64,000 bases of DNA from Octopus sinensis. Lineage: Eukaryota. The notes under the pieces were generated by a model, which made no database searches, was not told where the DNA came from, and was given only the letters and a program-made list of their open reading frames with translations. The position numbers and the translations under genes are program-made. Shown in pieces: positions 25,218 through 38,263 of the stretch. The stretch spans positions 51,398,001 through 51,462,000 of the forward strand of contig NC_043004.1 in NCBI RefSeq assembly GCF_006345805.1, in the 5' to 3' direction. Position 1 is the first letter of the stretch. Each line of letters starts with the position of its first letter.

Positions 25218-26068
25218 GAACTGGGTGAGGAAAACGAGCACGGTACCGTACATTTTTGTGCCCGTGTTCCGAATGTTCGGTGGTACCAACACGTGTCATG
25301 TGAGTTTCGGGTAGCACTGGGGCTTCGAGACCGTCTGCCATCTCGTCGAGATCGGCTGGTGCTTCGACGCTGGGGACTAAACTTTAGGGCTTGTATTTGG
25401 GCTGTAAGAATTTGCATTTGCGCAGCTTGCTGCGTCATTAATGCACGCAAATCCGAAATCTCTGAAGAACTGGTTTGTGCACGGAAAGGATTGGTACTGG
25501 GAGCGGCTGGCGTCACCGTCGATACCGTTGGATATCTGTGCGGTACTTCGGCTATTTTGTCAGCTAGCTCCGCCAGTTCTTCAAGGGATGTGTTTTCTCT
25601 GGTGGACGCGAGAACAACCTGGGTATTGGAGGGCAGACGCTGGAGAAAAAGTTGCTTGAAGATTTTTTCTGGGAGCGTCTCATCTCCGAGAAGCTGTTTC
25701 ATTCTCCGAAGAAGCTGGGACGGCGTTTTGTCACCCAATTCTTCCGATATCAGAAGCTGGTGAAGTCTTTTTTGTTGGGATTCTGAGGTTCTGTTTATTA
25801 ACGTGGTTTTAAAAACTTCATATGAAACAGAACCGGGTGGTGCCATGATAAGGTCGCGTATCACGTTCGTTATTTCTGGTGACAGAGAACTGATAACGTG
25901 AGAAAGTCGAGCCGCATCGCTCGATATTCTGTGAGAGGCAAACTGTGCCTCTATATGGTGAAACCACAATGTCGGGTCGTGGGTCCAGAATGGTGGAATT
26001 TTTAACGAGATCGCCGCTTGGAATGCCATGTCGATGTTGGCCGCTGGGTTTTGTTCCGGGAGATTCAT
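25193..26068 (-). CDS. gag: Gag protein, 291 aa
   Basis: [14 protein letters not shown]...[13 protein letters not shown] capsid-like region; C-terminal CWYH...C...C (CHCC) motif. Confidence 0.93.
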   Translation of the reverse strand: MNLPEQNPAANIDMAFQAAISLKIPPFWTHDPTLWFHHIEAQFASHRISSDAARLSHVISSLSPEITNVIRDLIMAPPGSVSYEVFKTTLINRTSESQQKRLHQLLISEELGDKTPSQLLRRMKQLLGDETLPEKIFKQLFLQRLPSNTQVVLASTRENTSLEELAELADKIAEVPHRYPTVSTVTPAAPSTNPFRAQTSSSEISDLRALMTQQAAQMQILTAQIQALKFSPQRRSTSRSRRDGRRSRSPSATRNSHDTCWYHRTFGTRAQKCTVPCSFSSPSSGNGTARN

Positions 26069-26173
26069 TGTTTTCGTCGGAATTTTCAGTTGCTTCGTTG
26101 CTGGTGATGTGCAAACTGTAATTCTTCGACGCGGTTGATGAAGCTGGTTCCAGGGAAGGCGCGATTCGTTTTA

Positions 26174-26184
26174 CGGGGTCACCA
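26174..26184 (-). promoter_or_regulatory. Primer binding site, tRNA-Trp type
   Basis: TGGTGACCCCG located 2 nt inside the 5' LTR boundary. Confidence 0.85.
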
Positions 26185-26186
26185 AA

Positions 26187-26770
26187 TGTAGTGGATGGGT
26201 GGATGTATTAATAAATACATAAGTGCTTTGTAATAAATTAAAGATTTATTATCACTACATCAATTTGTAAGCAATGTTACACATCGCTTGTACAAAATGC
26301 ATATTAAATAGTGGTTGCAAATAATACATATTAAAGGAATGCATAATACAGGATACACATTAAAGCAGAATATGTTTGATGGTGTGTGTGTGTGCGTGTG
26401 TGTAAATCATGCATGACAGAGTCACCTTTCTGATTATTCTTTCGTCGTCCTCATAAATGCGTGACGTTCTCTTAACGTTGGTTCGGGTTCTCTCTAGATA
26501 CCCATTTCTCCGTTCTATTTATAACATCTCAAATAGCCAGAAAAATAGATATACCGCAAGAGTGTTATTGCGTACAGTAGGTCGCTGGTCGTCCTGTTAA
26601 ACTTCGCCTGACCTGCTCGGGTCAGAGGTCGAAGGGAGACGATCCATCATTTTTTGTCAGAACAAAGAGATTCTGATTTCGCGCCTTTTTGTGCATTGGT
26701 ATTTTACGACCAATGATTCTTGGGTCTGATTTCGAATCCAAGCTTAGAGAAGGAAGTGCTAATTCTTACA
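26187..26770 (-). repeat. 5' LTR (584 bp)
   Basis: Differs from the other LTR by about one substitution and one indel (by eye). Confidence 0.97.
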
Positions 26771-26869
26771 GATTTATTACTAAGGTCAATAAACCTTTTG
26801 ACCAAAGGCTTTCAAGCAATGAAAGACCCTAAAAGTATATCATATACTGTTTTACCCAATGTAGCCCTT

Positions 26870-27270
26870 TTCTTTTACTTGTTTCAATCATTTGACTACG
26901 GCCGTGCTGGAGCACCGCCTTAAAGAGTTTTAGCCGAAGAAATTGACCCCAGCACTTATTTTTTGTAAGTCTGGTACTTATTCTACCGGTCTCTTTTACC
27001 GAACTGCTATTTCACGGGGACGTAAACACACCAGCATTGGTTGTCAAGCGATGGTGGGGGACAAACACAGACACAAAGGCACACACATAAATATATAAAC
27101 ATAAATATATATACGACGGGATTATTTCAGTTTCCGTCTACCAAATCCATGCACAAGGCTTTGGTTAGTCCGTGGCTATGGCAGAATATACTTCTCCAAA
27201 GTACTACAGTGGTACTTAACCCAGAACCATGTTGTTGGGAAGCAAGCTTCTTAACCACACAGCCATGCTC
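26870..27270 (-). mobile_element. SINE family A, diverged
   Basis: Reverse-complement copy. Confidence 0.8.
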
Positions 27271-27280
27271 TATGTATTAA

Positions 27281-27480
27281 CCCATTCATGCCGATTGTCA
27301 CTTAATTTATAAGGGTATAAAACAAATACTTGATACAAATTGTGATTTGTGTATGATCTGTATCAAAGAATGAAACATGTTCTTCATGAGTATGCAGTCT
27401 GTTGTTATTTAGGTCAAAATAATAGTGTCTGTGAACTTTCAGGCAATTTCATTCGCTAGTAAAATTTCGGCACGAATGGG
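27281..27480. mobile_element. piggyBac-type MITE
   Basis: TTAA on both sides; TIR CCCATTCATGCCGA / TCGGCACGAATGGG. Confidence 0.85.
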
Positions 27481-27659
27481 TTAATGCGGCGGGAATTGCT
27501 CGTGAAACATCGGTATGGGTTCCGCGATTTTTGTAAATTGTAAATTATTGGATCAAAATAAATTTATAAACTAATATCCTGGAGAAAAGTGACCGGGCAT
27601 GAGGTTGCTTGATTTCATGACGAGGTACCTAAAAGATGTTCATCTACATACCCATCCCT

Positions 27660-28441
27660 TCCCATCGCGACTATCACACGGATATCCAGTTGAATGTCCG
27701 AGACTCACTCACAAAGGCACTACTCACGGATAGGGTCCTCAATGGTGAAGTCCTCGAAGTCCTCGAAGAAGTGAACCACTTAAAATAACTCGGATCGACA
27801 TTCACGGTAACCGGGCAGGGAAAGGACGAGATTGACCTACGCATCAACAGCGATTCTCTTGAGTTCTGTCGCCTCCAGAGCCACCTTTTGTCGCGACCGG
27901 AGATCAGAATTTACATGAAAGTGCGTATTTTCCAAGCACTTTTCCGGACCATCCTTCTCTGTGGGTACGAATCCTGAAAACTCAGTCTTCAACTACGACT
28001 GTCTACGTCGAATTTTTCCTATTCTCCTATTGGACTTCCATTTAGAACCCCGAAATACGACAATCCTGCTGCATCATCTCTCTGCAACAAGCTTCTCACA
28101 AGACGTCTAAGGTGGCTTGGTCATACCTATCCGTCAGCTTCCGGGGGAATTCATTCGCTAAGCGATCAATCTGGCTCCCCTCCCAGGCTAACGCAAATGT
28201 ACTGGAGGACAACTGAAGACGTAGTTGCTGACAGCAAAAGAGGAGATGGAAGTACAATCGGATCAGCCCCCACCCCGCGTCTAGGGTCTTGACAGTAGAA
28301 CCGGGAGTAGGTATCCATTAAAGCCCTCGACTGCGGCCGACCGTCTGATGTGGTCGGCACTTATGAGGGACGTGAACTCGTTGATCGGAGCCGGCTCAAT
28401 CCATCCCGGATGAATGCTGCCACAAGTATAAGTACAAGTAC
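27660..28441 (+). mobile_element. Decayed RTE-like LINE 3' fragment
   Basis: Disrupted translation LNGEVLE...K*LGSTF...DEIDLRI...KVRIFQALFRTILLCGYES*, later RRLRWLGH; (CAAGTA)n-like tail. Confidence 0.75.
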
Positions 28442-29147
28442 GGATACGATGGGCTTGCTTAAATTTTAATCCTCTCATTGTTTCATCTACCAAAAGCACC
28501 AGGCTTTCTGCTCCACTGGACTAACTAGTGAGGTGTACTGGGAGGACATTTTAAAATGGAACCAGCCCAATGTGCAGGGTCTTGGGCAAGTGTCTTCTAT
28601 TCTAACCCCGGTCCGACCAAAGCCTTATAAGGGGATTTGGTAGACGGAAGCTGAAAGAAGCCCTTCCAGTATATAAATGCACGCGCACGTGTTTGTTTCT
28701 GTGTGTGTGTGTGTGTGTGCGTGCGTGTGCGTATGTGTGTGTTTTTGTGTTTTTGCTGTTTGTTCCCCACCAGTTCTTGAGAACCGGTGTTAGTAAGTTT
28801 ATATCCCCGTAACACAAGTGCTGGATGTGTGTGTGTGTGTGTGTGTGTTGTGTGTGTGTGTGTGTGTGTGCGTGTGTTAGATCGTTAGTATAGTTGGTAT
28901 TTTCATTAATGAATAAAAATACAATTCATGATAACTGACCGCTAAAATAACTTGGGTCAAACAAGTCAGGTTTCTGGACAGTCCCTGGGAGTGTAAACAT
29001 ATCTGAAAAGGAGAAATATATATGTGTTTATTAACAATTTGAGGTTTTCATCCGCCTACATTTTAAGTATATATATATGTGATTGTATGTTTATGCTTGT
29101 AGGGTTGAATGCATACATGCATTAATATTTATACCTGTTATACTTAT

Positions 29148-29238
<91 letters not shown>

Positions 29239-29253
29239 TCATACATACATATA

Positions 29254-29543
29254 TCTGTATATATATAAGGCAAGATATGTGTGTACGTGATTGTAGTTTA
29301 TGCACATCCACAGATTAGCACGCACATCGCTCAAATTTTAGGACATTCGTCAACATACTATCTGGGTTTGTCAACTTACTTTTTTCCCGAGGCACCTGCG
29401 GATAGCGGTAAAAATTTATTTTCAGTCATAGTTTTTAGCGGTAAAAATCTATTTTCAGCCATAGCTTTTTGACGGCGTCTAACAAAAAAAAAGATAAAGA
29501 AAAGTGGAAGAGAGGCAGAGAGTTTCACGGGAAAGACAAAGCG

Positions 29544-29574
<31 letters not shown>

Positions 29575-30204
29575 TAAGTGACGACGTTCATGAAAAATAA
29601 AATGTAAAATGTTTCGTTTTTTCTTAAACACGAGATATAGTGTTCAAATTCAGGATGTTTTTGAAAGACACTATATTTTATAATCATAGCATATATACCT
29701 TCTCACACAACAATTACAATATATTTATTTTAAATCATTTATTTATTTTAAATCGTTCATCTTTCTCCCACACACATTACTTTGGGTGCGGAAGAGTATC
29801 GTTTTTATTTTACGCCGAGTAAAAAAAAGTGTTTTGTTGAGAATCCATGTATTTAACAATAAAGAAACAAAGAGGTGAGTAACAATTTGTCGGTGAATTA
29901 CACAATATAAATGGGTACAATTTTCAAGGCTTCCACCACACCTCACTCCGTTTCACGGACCACAAAAAGGGTTTTGTAGCATATTAGGAGGCCAGAATAG
30001 TTGATTCCACGCAAAAAAGCCGATTTCTTTTCTTTGTGAAAATCGTGCGAGTGTTAACCTACAAATTTAACATTTTTTTCCATTCTTTTCTGTTTATGAA
30101 CATATATGCATGCACAAAACATGCAATAGGTGTCCGTAAGTACGTGTGCGTATGTGTTGCCCATATATATTTATATTATATTATATATATTATATTATAT
30201 CATA

Positions 30205-30249
<45 letters not shown>

Positions 30250-30380
30250 ATATATATAACCAATTTCAACGGATTCGCCCAAATTTGACGTCGATATTAC
30301 TTAGTTCGGTTTGAAATAAAGAACTTGATTAGCTTAATAATCGTAACTTAATCCCGGACAAGGCCGGGTTATACTGCTAG
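29254..30380 (+). mobile_element. Non-autonomous Helitron
   Basis: 5' TC in atctgtatatatataagg; 3' hairpin cccggacaaggccggg, then CTAG followed by T. Confidence 0.7.
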
Positions 30381-30427
30381 TGTATATATATGTGTACCTA
30401 TATGTATGTGTGCGTGTGTGTGCATAC

Positions 30428-30458
<31 letters not shown>

Positions 30459-31115
30459 CATGTATATATACATATATACATGCATATAATATACTGTTCC
30501 TTTATGGTATATACAACATAAAAATTTATTTCATCCATAAATACGCATATAGAGATATATAGATGCTAAAACTAAGTATATTCGCAAGGGAAATGCATAT
30601 GACAAATAAATTTACTTTTACTTGGAGTATAAAAAATACAGAAAATTGAGGGTAGAATGCATAGCTTTTTTCGAGCCCTCCATCTCATTCGAGTATTTAA
30701 AACGAAATTTATTTGTCAATATATGGAGATTTCTATACACATGTTATTATGTTTAGCTTGTGAATATATTTAGTTTTATATCTATGAATATACCTATATA
30801 TCTATATGTAAGTATGTATGTATGTATGTATGTATGCATGTATACCATTGTTCAGTTTTATTTCAAGATTTCTTTCTAGAGAAAGAGCCGGTTTCTAACA
30901 TAGATCAAAGGCTCCTTCATTGGTATAACAACATCAACAAGAAGATATTTTTGTTGTTTGTTTGCATGTATGTATGTATGTATATTTGTATGCATGTATG
31001 TATCCATGTATGTATATGTGCAGAATGTTTTGCTTTATGTATGTATTCTCATGCATACAGTTGCATATCTATCATGCTGATATGTATATATGCATGTACT
31101 TCCTATGTAGTTTAC

Positions 31116-31335
31116 GCGTTATGTAAAATTTTGCAGCAGATTCATTCCGATTTGTCAGGGGTTCTTCGGTTGTTGTTGTCATCGAGGAACCTTCTGATAG
31201 CGATGGAGTAAAATCTACGACCTCGTCTCCTGGATCTCCTGTCTTCTTGATGCAGGGAATGATTGCTTCAAGTATTCGCTTGGCTCCTGCACGCAGACGT
31301 GCGAGGAAACCAACTGGTTGTACATTAGCTGACAT
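31116..31335 (-). CDS. Candidate first coding exon of an unknown gene or pseudogene
   Basis: AAAATG start, 73 non-repetitive codons (MSANVQPVGFLARLRAGAKRILEAIIPCIKK...), ends at a GTAAAC donor; no recognised homology. Confidence 0.35.
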
Positions 31336-31883
31336 TTTCAATAGATAAAAATTTGTAAATTTATTAACGCAAACGAATATATTGTAAGAGTAACCTACAA
31401 CGGCCAAACAATACAATGTATCGCAAGTGAATATTGGGAAATTATTTTCTCGTTTCTCTGTTTGCTAGTATGACGTCATAATAGGCGTCGAGGTGGCAGA
31501 GTTGTTAACACGCCGGACCAAATGCTTAGGCGGTATCATTTCTATGTTTGGCCCCCGTTGGGCAACAAAGAAATTGGTATTTCATCAGATTTTAGGTTCT
31601 GAGTTCAAATCCCATCGATGTCGACTTTTCTTGGTATTGTTTCAACATCGATAAAATAAGCACCAGTCTAGCCCTGTAATTGCCTCGTCCGCTCCCCAAA
31701 ATTTTACGGACCTTGTGCTTATGGTAGAAAGGATAATTAAACAGTCCAGGCTCAGGATATAATCTTAAATATTATTTTATCTCTCGAATTACACCTTTCC
31801 CCCATTTCTTTTCCTCTCACTTCTTTATTTCCCAGTTGGAACATTTATCTTTCTTTTCAAGCACATTATATCAAGGTCTAAAT

Positions 31884-32069
31884 CAGTGTTCCGCAGCCAT
31901 TTTTCACTTGCGGTACACTTATATTCTTTCCAAAATTTGGCGGCCCACCTGAACTAAAAATATATCTAAAAGTATAGGGAAAAAAATTATATTTAGGATA
32001 CACTGCGGTACGCCTAGCATCGTTTCATAGCACACCAGTGTGCCGCGGCATACCGGTTGTGGGGCACTG
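31884..32069. mobile_element. hAT (Charlie-like) MITE
   Basis: TIR CAGTGTTCCGCAGCC / GGTTGTGGGGCACTG; imperfect 8-bp TSD gtctaaat/gtttaaac. Confidence 0.75.
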
Positions 32070-33317
32070 GTTTAAACTATCGAATGTTCTTTTCTCATTT
32101 GAAGTAAAAGAGTATGATTTGAGAGCGACTTGGCTGTTGTTTCCAGCACATAGAGTGATAACATGGAGGCTCACTTATTGACACACATTATCTGAGTTAT
32201 TTTATTGATTCATTTGTTTATTTTCAAGTCAGATTTGAAGAGAGTAACGTACAACTATTTGATTAATTGTAAGCTTTTGGCTGTACTGTTTGTATGATTC
32301 TTTAGGTCTATACCAACTTCAAAGATATACATTTTATGCAGAATTGTGTATGTTGGTGTACTTGGAGGTGAATAGCAGTGAATGGAATCTTTAGACTTGT
32401 GGTCGTTTATGCTCCGACACAGGGTGGAAGGCCAGTTTTCTTCAGACGTCAGGAAACATTCCTGGTGAATGCTTCTTTTAGAGAAAATTGTCTAAAATTA
32501 AATAACCAAATGATTAATAAACTTGTTATGATAGCAATAATTCTTTTAAATTTCGGTACAAAGCAAGCAATTTTGAGGTAAGGGAAACGACCACTAGGTC
32601 AACTGATACTTATTTTATCGAGGCTGAATGGATGAAAGTTGATCACGGCGCAATTTGATCTCAGAATATAACGCCGGAATAAATGCCGCTAAGTATTTTC
32701 CCGGCGCGCTAACGATTCTGCAAGCTCACCGCCTTAAGGTTTCAAATTTTGTCTTAGGGTCAGCAATTTTAGGGAAATGGTTAATCGACTGCATCGATCT
32801 CAATACTTGGGCGTTATTTTATTTTATGAACCCCACAAGGATGAAATGAAAAGTTTGCCACAGCAGTATTTGATCTCAGGATGCCGTCAAATATTTTTTA
32901 TCCTGCGTCTTAATGATTGTGCAAGCTCTATGCCTTAATGGTAACGACAATAATACTTTCTGTGTTGAACAAAGCGGGTGGAGAACTTAAAAACGTTCAG
33001 GACAATTTGGAGACAAAGGACAGTGAGTGTTTACATAATCATGGATAAAAAACGTTTTTAAAAAATTACAATTAACAAAAAAATAATTAAATAAATAACG
33101 AAATTGACAAACATGCGGAAAACGGCACTCAGGGATGACCAAGGAACTCCACAACATAATTCAACTAATCTATATATGAGGCGAGATTGTCGTCATTTTC
33201 GGTTTCTGTTGCAATTTACTTCAATGTTTTTAGAACAATTTACTTTCACTTTATTTACTATAGTAAACTGCATGCTATTCAAAATTTTTTAATAAATGTT
33301 TGATAAGAATTATATTC

Positions 33318-33464
33318 ATTATTTACATTAATACATTCGACGGATATTTGTCCTCATCTTGTTTGATGAGGACAAACAAGATGAGGATAAATATCCGTCG
33401 AATGTAAATAATGTAAATAATGTAAATAATGTACATAATTCCTCATCTCTTAAATATAGAACTG
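33318..33464. mobile_element. Short fold-back insertion with 13-bp TSD
   Basis: TSD aagaattatattc/aagaaatatattc; internal inverted repeat; absent from the paralogous site near 37855-37870. Confidence 0.75.
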
Positions 33465-33644
33465 AAGAAATATATTCCTATAGAGCTGAGGAGTAGGTTT
33501 CGCCCGAACTTCCAGCTCCCGCATTGAAGTGATGTATACAAAGCTACAGAGCGTCAGCCTACCATGACAGACTCGAGAATTGGAATAGCCTAAAAATGTC
33601 ATGGCTACCATCGGCCTTATTCTTCTAACTCATTAAAAACTATA

Positions 33645-34035
33645 TCTTTATATATAAAAGTAAGGTTGTGTGTCTGTCTACTCCGATTTAGATTCCTAAC
33701 TACTCCCACATTTTGCGGTGCACTTTAACCAAAAGCGGGTATCTTATAGTCGTGATTCATATCGAGCCCTTCTGGGTATTAGCGCGCGTCTACGATGAGT
33801 CTACGATTTTAAAAATAATTTACCATCATTTTTTTCCATTTTAATGCATTTTTTAATATAAGGGAAGTAACTCTCTAAAAATGTCTACGATGAGTCAACG
33901 ATTTAAAAAAAAAATTACCATCATATTTTTTCCATTTTTAATGCATTTTTTTGCTATTTTTTTGCTATAACTCTCTAAAAATGCTTTATAGTTATTTCCC
34001 TTACAAACCCGAGCAACGCCGGGCGATACTGCTAG
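33645..34035 (+). mobile_element. Non-autonomous Helitron
   Basis: A|TC start, hairpin cccgagcaacgccggg, CTAG|T end; empty site visible in the paralog near 38000. Confidence 0.88.
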
Positions 34036-34319
34036 TACATTTATATAATACACCAACCAGTGTCTCTATGGCTGCCTATTTGGTTGTCTCTCTGCCTGTA
34101 TTCTTCTACTTCCCTAGTCATCATCTCCGTTAGTCTCCCACTTCTACTGCTCATTCTCTCTTATTTTTCTGTCAAAACTAGCTTCTTTACTTGTTAAGTT
34201 TGACAATACTATCTGTTAACAACTCGTCAGTCCCGTCCAACTTTAGTTATATGTGTGGATATAATAGCATTAATAAATCTCCGAACGATATATAAACAGT
34301 AACCGCTCGACAACGTAAA

Positions 34320-34565
34320 GTGTACTAGCCATCTGAATGTGGCTAGCCACTGGGGGTGGGTGTTACTGACGCTTTTAGCCCCAGGAGATTGACGTCTCCA
34401 GCTGGCCTTAGACACAATTTCAGTGCCCTTGTGTTATTTGCAAAGGGAGGTCATTCTCTCTCGAAAACCTAAGTGATACATTCGGACTATAGTTTCAAGG
34501 TTTTTGCCTCTCGTCAACGTATGGTAAACACCGGTTTTCGATGAAGGAGACCTTTGCAAATAATA
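34320..34565 (+). repeat. Unassigned structured interspersed repeat, copy B
   Basis: Homologous to 440-690; long-range stems ttatttgcaaagg/cctttgcaaataa and tcgaaaacc/ggttttcga. Confidence 0.6.
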
Positions 34566-34601
34566 TTTAACGTTTTTCCCAATGAAAAAGGGTGATAAGT
34601 C

Positions 34602-34675
34602 GGTCGGTGAGCTCAGTTGGTTAGAGCGCCGTGCTAATAACGCGAATGTCGTGGGTTCGAGCCCCATACTGGCCA
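34602..34675 (+). pseudogene. tRNA-Ile(AAT) variant, probably a pseudogene
   Basis: Three substitutions relative to the intact copies, including invariant U8 to G. Confidence 0.8.
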
Positions 34676-34897
34676 ATGCGTGTTATTTTCACGTTTTATT
34701 CTTTTAGATAAGCATTGACCTCATTGTAGATCATATCCGAAGAGTAAAATGAAAGCAGCCACTCCATTAATAGTTGTTAACATCTTTTTACGAACACCTT
34801 CCAATCTCTCTCTCTCTCTCTTTCTCTCCACACGCACTAATAAATGTATATAAACACAGCCCAATATATTTGCACCCGTAACTTTCACTCTTAACTG

Positions 34898-34952
<55 letters not shown>

Positions 34953-35144
34953 TTCGAGCCTCATATTAGCCAATGACATTTTCTTTTTTTTTTTCAGTTC
35001 TTACGTTGAAAACGCATATTTAAATTATACATTCCATTCTTTACTGACCAAAACTTCTCTTGAGGTAGCAGAGGGTCTCACCATAATGATTATATTAGTC
35101 TCGAGACAAGAATATATATCTTATGCAAAAGGAATCCAAAATAA

Positions 35145-35184
35145 AATAACGCACATATCATGGGTTCGAACCCGATACTGGCCA
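35145..35184 (+). pseudogene. tRNA-Ile 3' half fragment
   Basis: aataacgcac...tgggttcgaacccgatactggcca. Confidence 0.7.
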
Positions 35185-35877
35185 ATGATTTCAATTTTTA
35201 TTTTATTTTGTATATATACAAATGGTTCTACCTCGCCAAGCTTGACATCTTTTGTTTAATTTCGGATTTCTCTTGGTATAATGCCAAAAGGACTCAAAAC
35301 ACTGAATGTGCATGAAGGCTTGCACAATTGAAAAAAAATTCCGGCTGTGATTCCCAATATGGACGTCAAATTCATGCGATAATAATTGTATTCCATTAAA
35401 ACTCTAACCCTTAGTAATCATTTTCTTTTTCCTTTTTTTTTTGCGCCTTGCAACAAAACCTTCAAATACTCATTGACTCCGCCCTCCATTGGTCTCTTGT
35501 ATAATTTCTGAGAAAATATTTCGTTTCATAAACGTTCATCTAAATCCGGGAAAGATTCCATAAATAACAAATGGATTGCTTTGAACCCAATATTTAAGAT
35601 ATCTTGAGTTGGGCAAAAACGTTAAGAATCGCTGAAGCTAATTGGTGTTCGAAATCTTCAGAGAAATGGAAATTACTTCCAATACGCTGTTATAAATATT
35701 GTCCTTTTCGTAAAAAAAAAATGAATACAAAACGAAATAAATGCACCACTCCATATATCTCTATATGTATCTCTGTAGTCACCTTTCCTTCTTTTTCTCT
35801 GTCTGACTCCGGTTAAGTGTTAAAGAGAAACTGACTGCAATCGTGTTCACGACGATTTGAAAGTAAACGGAAGGTTT

Positions 35878-35925
35878 TACCGTTTATCTCAGTTGGTTAG
35901 AGCGTCATGCTAATAATGCAAATAC
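35878..35925 (+). pseudogene. tRNA-Ile 5' fragment
   Basis: ctcagttggttagagcgtcatgctaataatgc. Confidence 0.7.
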
Positions 35926-36897
35926 AGTGTCTTCGGTTCACCTGCTTCCCAATGGCTTCATATTTTTCGTTTTCATTTAGGTATATTCTGTATAGCTTTA
36001 TTAGCTGGATGTTTAGAAATTTTCCCCAGTCCTGTTACTTCTCGAATTTTGTTAAATGTGAAGGATTCTGATTGACTAATGTTAACCAAAGTATGTTACA
36101 ACTTGAAAAGTCTCCTAACATTTTTTTTATAATTAATTTCACCAAACAAATGAATCTCATTTTCGTAATTAACATGCAAAAAAATCTGCTGGGAAAATTT
36201 CAAAGGACAAGCATTAAAATTTAAGTTAACATGCTGTTTACTTTCATAAGAAATATGAAAGTAAATTTGCCGAAATATTAAAGTAAAATCCTTTAGAAGC
36301 TGGAGTGTCGGCAGTAGCACACGGAAAATTTCATAAAAGGAATATAAAAATCTCCCTCATTAAGTCACGTCTACATGTACCTAGCAGTACAGCACGTTCT
36401 GATGACATGTTCAGTATTTCAGGAATAGCAGCTGAGGTACGTCGTTCGGATGTATTACACTCAGCAATGAACACTACTCAGAAGGTAATTCGGTGACTTG
36501 CATGTGGATGCATGACAGCCAGCAGTTACATGCGAGCAATGCAATAAACCTGAACGATTAATGAGTTGTGCAGACGAGAATTTCTAAACATCCAGCTAAT
36601 AAAGCTATACAGAATATACCTAAATGAAAAGGAAAGATATGAAACCATTGGGAAGCAGGTGACCCCATACTGGCCAATTCGTTTTGTTTCTACTTTTTTT
36701 TTTTTTAGATATGTATCCGTCCCATTTTGGATCATGTCCGAAGAGTTAACTCAAAGCATTCATAGTTGTGAACATATTTGTAAGATAACTTCACGTCCTT
36801 TCTCCCACTTCACATCTCTCTCCAAACACACGCGATAATTAATGTATATAAACACTGCACAATATGTCAACCCCCGTAACAGTTTCTCCTCTCGTGT

Positions 36898-36971
36898 GGC
36901 CAGTTAGCTAGGTTGGTTGCAGCGTCGTGTTAATAACGCGGATGTTGTGGGTTTGCTCCCTATACTGGCCA
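36898..36971 (+). pseudogene. tRNA-Ile pseudogene
   Basis: Full length with many substitutions in the A and B boxes. Confidence 0.8.
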
Positions 36972-37392
36972 ATGACGTATTTCATTGTCTGTTATCCCTA
37001 GTTTTTATGTTCAAAATACATAATTAGACAATATATTCCATCCTTTACTGACCGAAACCTCTCTTGGAGTAGCAAAGGTCTCACAATAATGATCATGTCA
37101 GACACGACGTAAGGATACATACCTTATACAATAGGAATCCAAAGTAATGGAATATGGCATTTACATCCATGAACCAGTTTTTCACCTTCGATCTCATTGT
37201 TTGTTTACATCTGATATCTCGGAAACAAAACGCCATAATAAAATCAGTACAGGCTAGAATTTCCATACGAAATCTGTAGAGATGACTTAACAGCGTTCAG
37301 TATTTCAACAATACTAACAATATTATTCGACATGCAAGAGACTGTAGTCATTTCTGGTTTCTATTGCAATTTACTTTAATGTTTTTTAGAAT

Positions 37393-37793
37393 TACTCTTT
37401 TACTCTTTTACTTGTTTCAGTCATTTGACTGCGGCCATGCTGGAGCACCGCCTTTAATCGAGCAACTCGACCCCGGGATTTATTCTTTTGTAAGCCCAGT
37501 ACTTATTCTATCGGTCTCTTTTGCCGAACCGCTAAGTAACGGGGACATAAACACACCAGCATCGGTTGTCATGCAATGCTAGGGGGACAAACACAGACAC
37601 ACAAACACATACATGCACATATATACATATATATGACGGGCTTCTTTCAGTTTCCGTCTACCAAATCCACTCACAAGGCTTTGGTCGGCCTGAGGCTATA
37701 GCAGAAGACACTTGCCCAAGGTGCCACGCAGTGGGACTGAACCCGGGACCATGTGGTTGGTAAACAAGCTACTTACCACACAGCCACTCCTGC
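37393..37793 (-). mobile_element. SINE family A
   Basis: Full copy; absent from the paralogous site near 33235. Confidence 0.9.
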
Positions 37794-38263
37794 CACTTAT
37801 TTACTTTCACTTTATTTACTGCATGTTATCCAAAATCTTAATAAATGTTCGATAAGAATTATACTTCTGTGAAACTGAGGAGTAGGTTTCGCCCGATTGA
37901 GCCAAAGCTACGGAGTTTCAACCACTTGGACAAGCTTGAGAAACGGAACAGCCTGAAGATGTCCTGGCTACCACCGGACTTCTTCTAACTTACTAAAAAT
38001 TATATACATTTATACAAAACACTACTCTAATGTCTCTATGTCTGTCTCTCAGCCTGTCTGTGTGTCTTCCGAGTTTTCTGTCAATCTGTCTTAACTTCTG
38101 CATCTCTGATCCACCATCCCCATCGGTGTTTCGCGTCTTTAGCTGCTTGTCATTCTCTCTTTCGATCGTACTGTCACGACATCAATGTTGACAACCCAAC
38201 TGTTCCGTCTAAGTATAGTAACATGTGTGAATATAAGAACGATTTTGAAAAGTGCAGCTTGTT

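Larger units (their letters stand above)
20893..26770 (-). mobile_element. Full-length Ty3/Gypsy LTR retrotransposon, CsRn1-like lineage
   Basis: TG...CA LTRs, GATT 4-bp TSD (20889-20892 and 26771-26774), PBS, PPT, intact gag and pol. Confidence 0.97.

Noticed and set aside
25161-25763. 200-aa antisense ORF over gag
   Set aside because: Explained as the shadow of the gag/pol coding strand; no motif
30620-30700. Possible extra exon of the orphan gene (MRWRARKSYAFYPQF)
   Set aside because: Lacks an AG acceptor at the expected position; resemblance to an SH3 start is too weak
36662-36676. accccatactggcca tRNA-Ile 3' tip
   Set aside because: Too short to call as a gene, although its downstream flank is paralogous to other tRNA units
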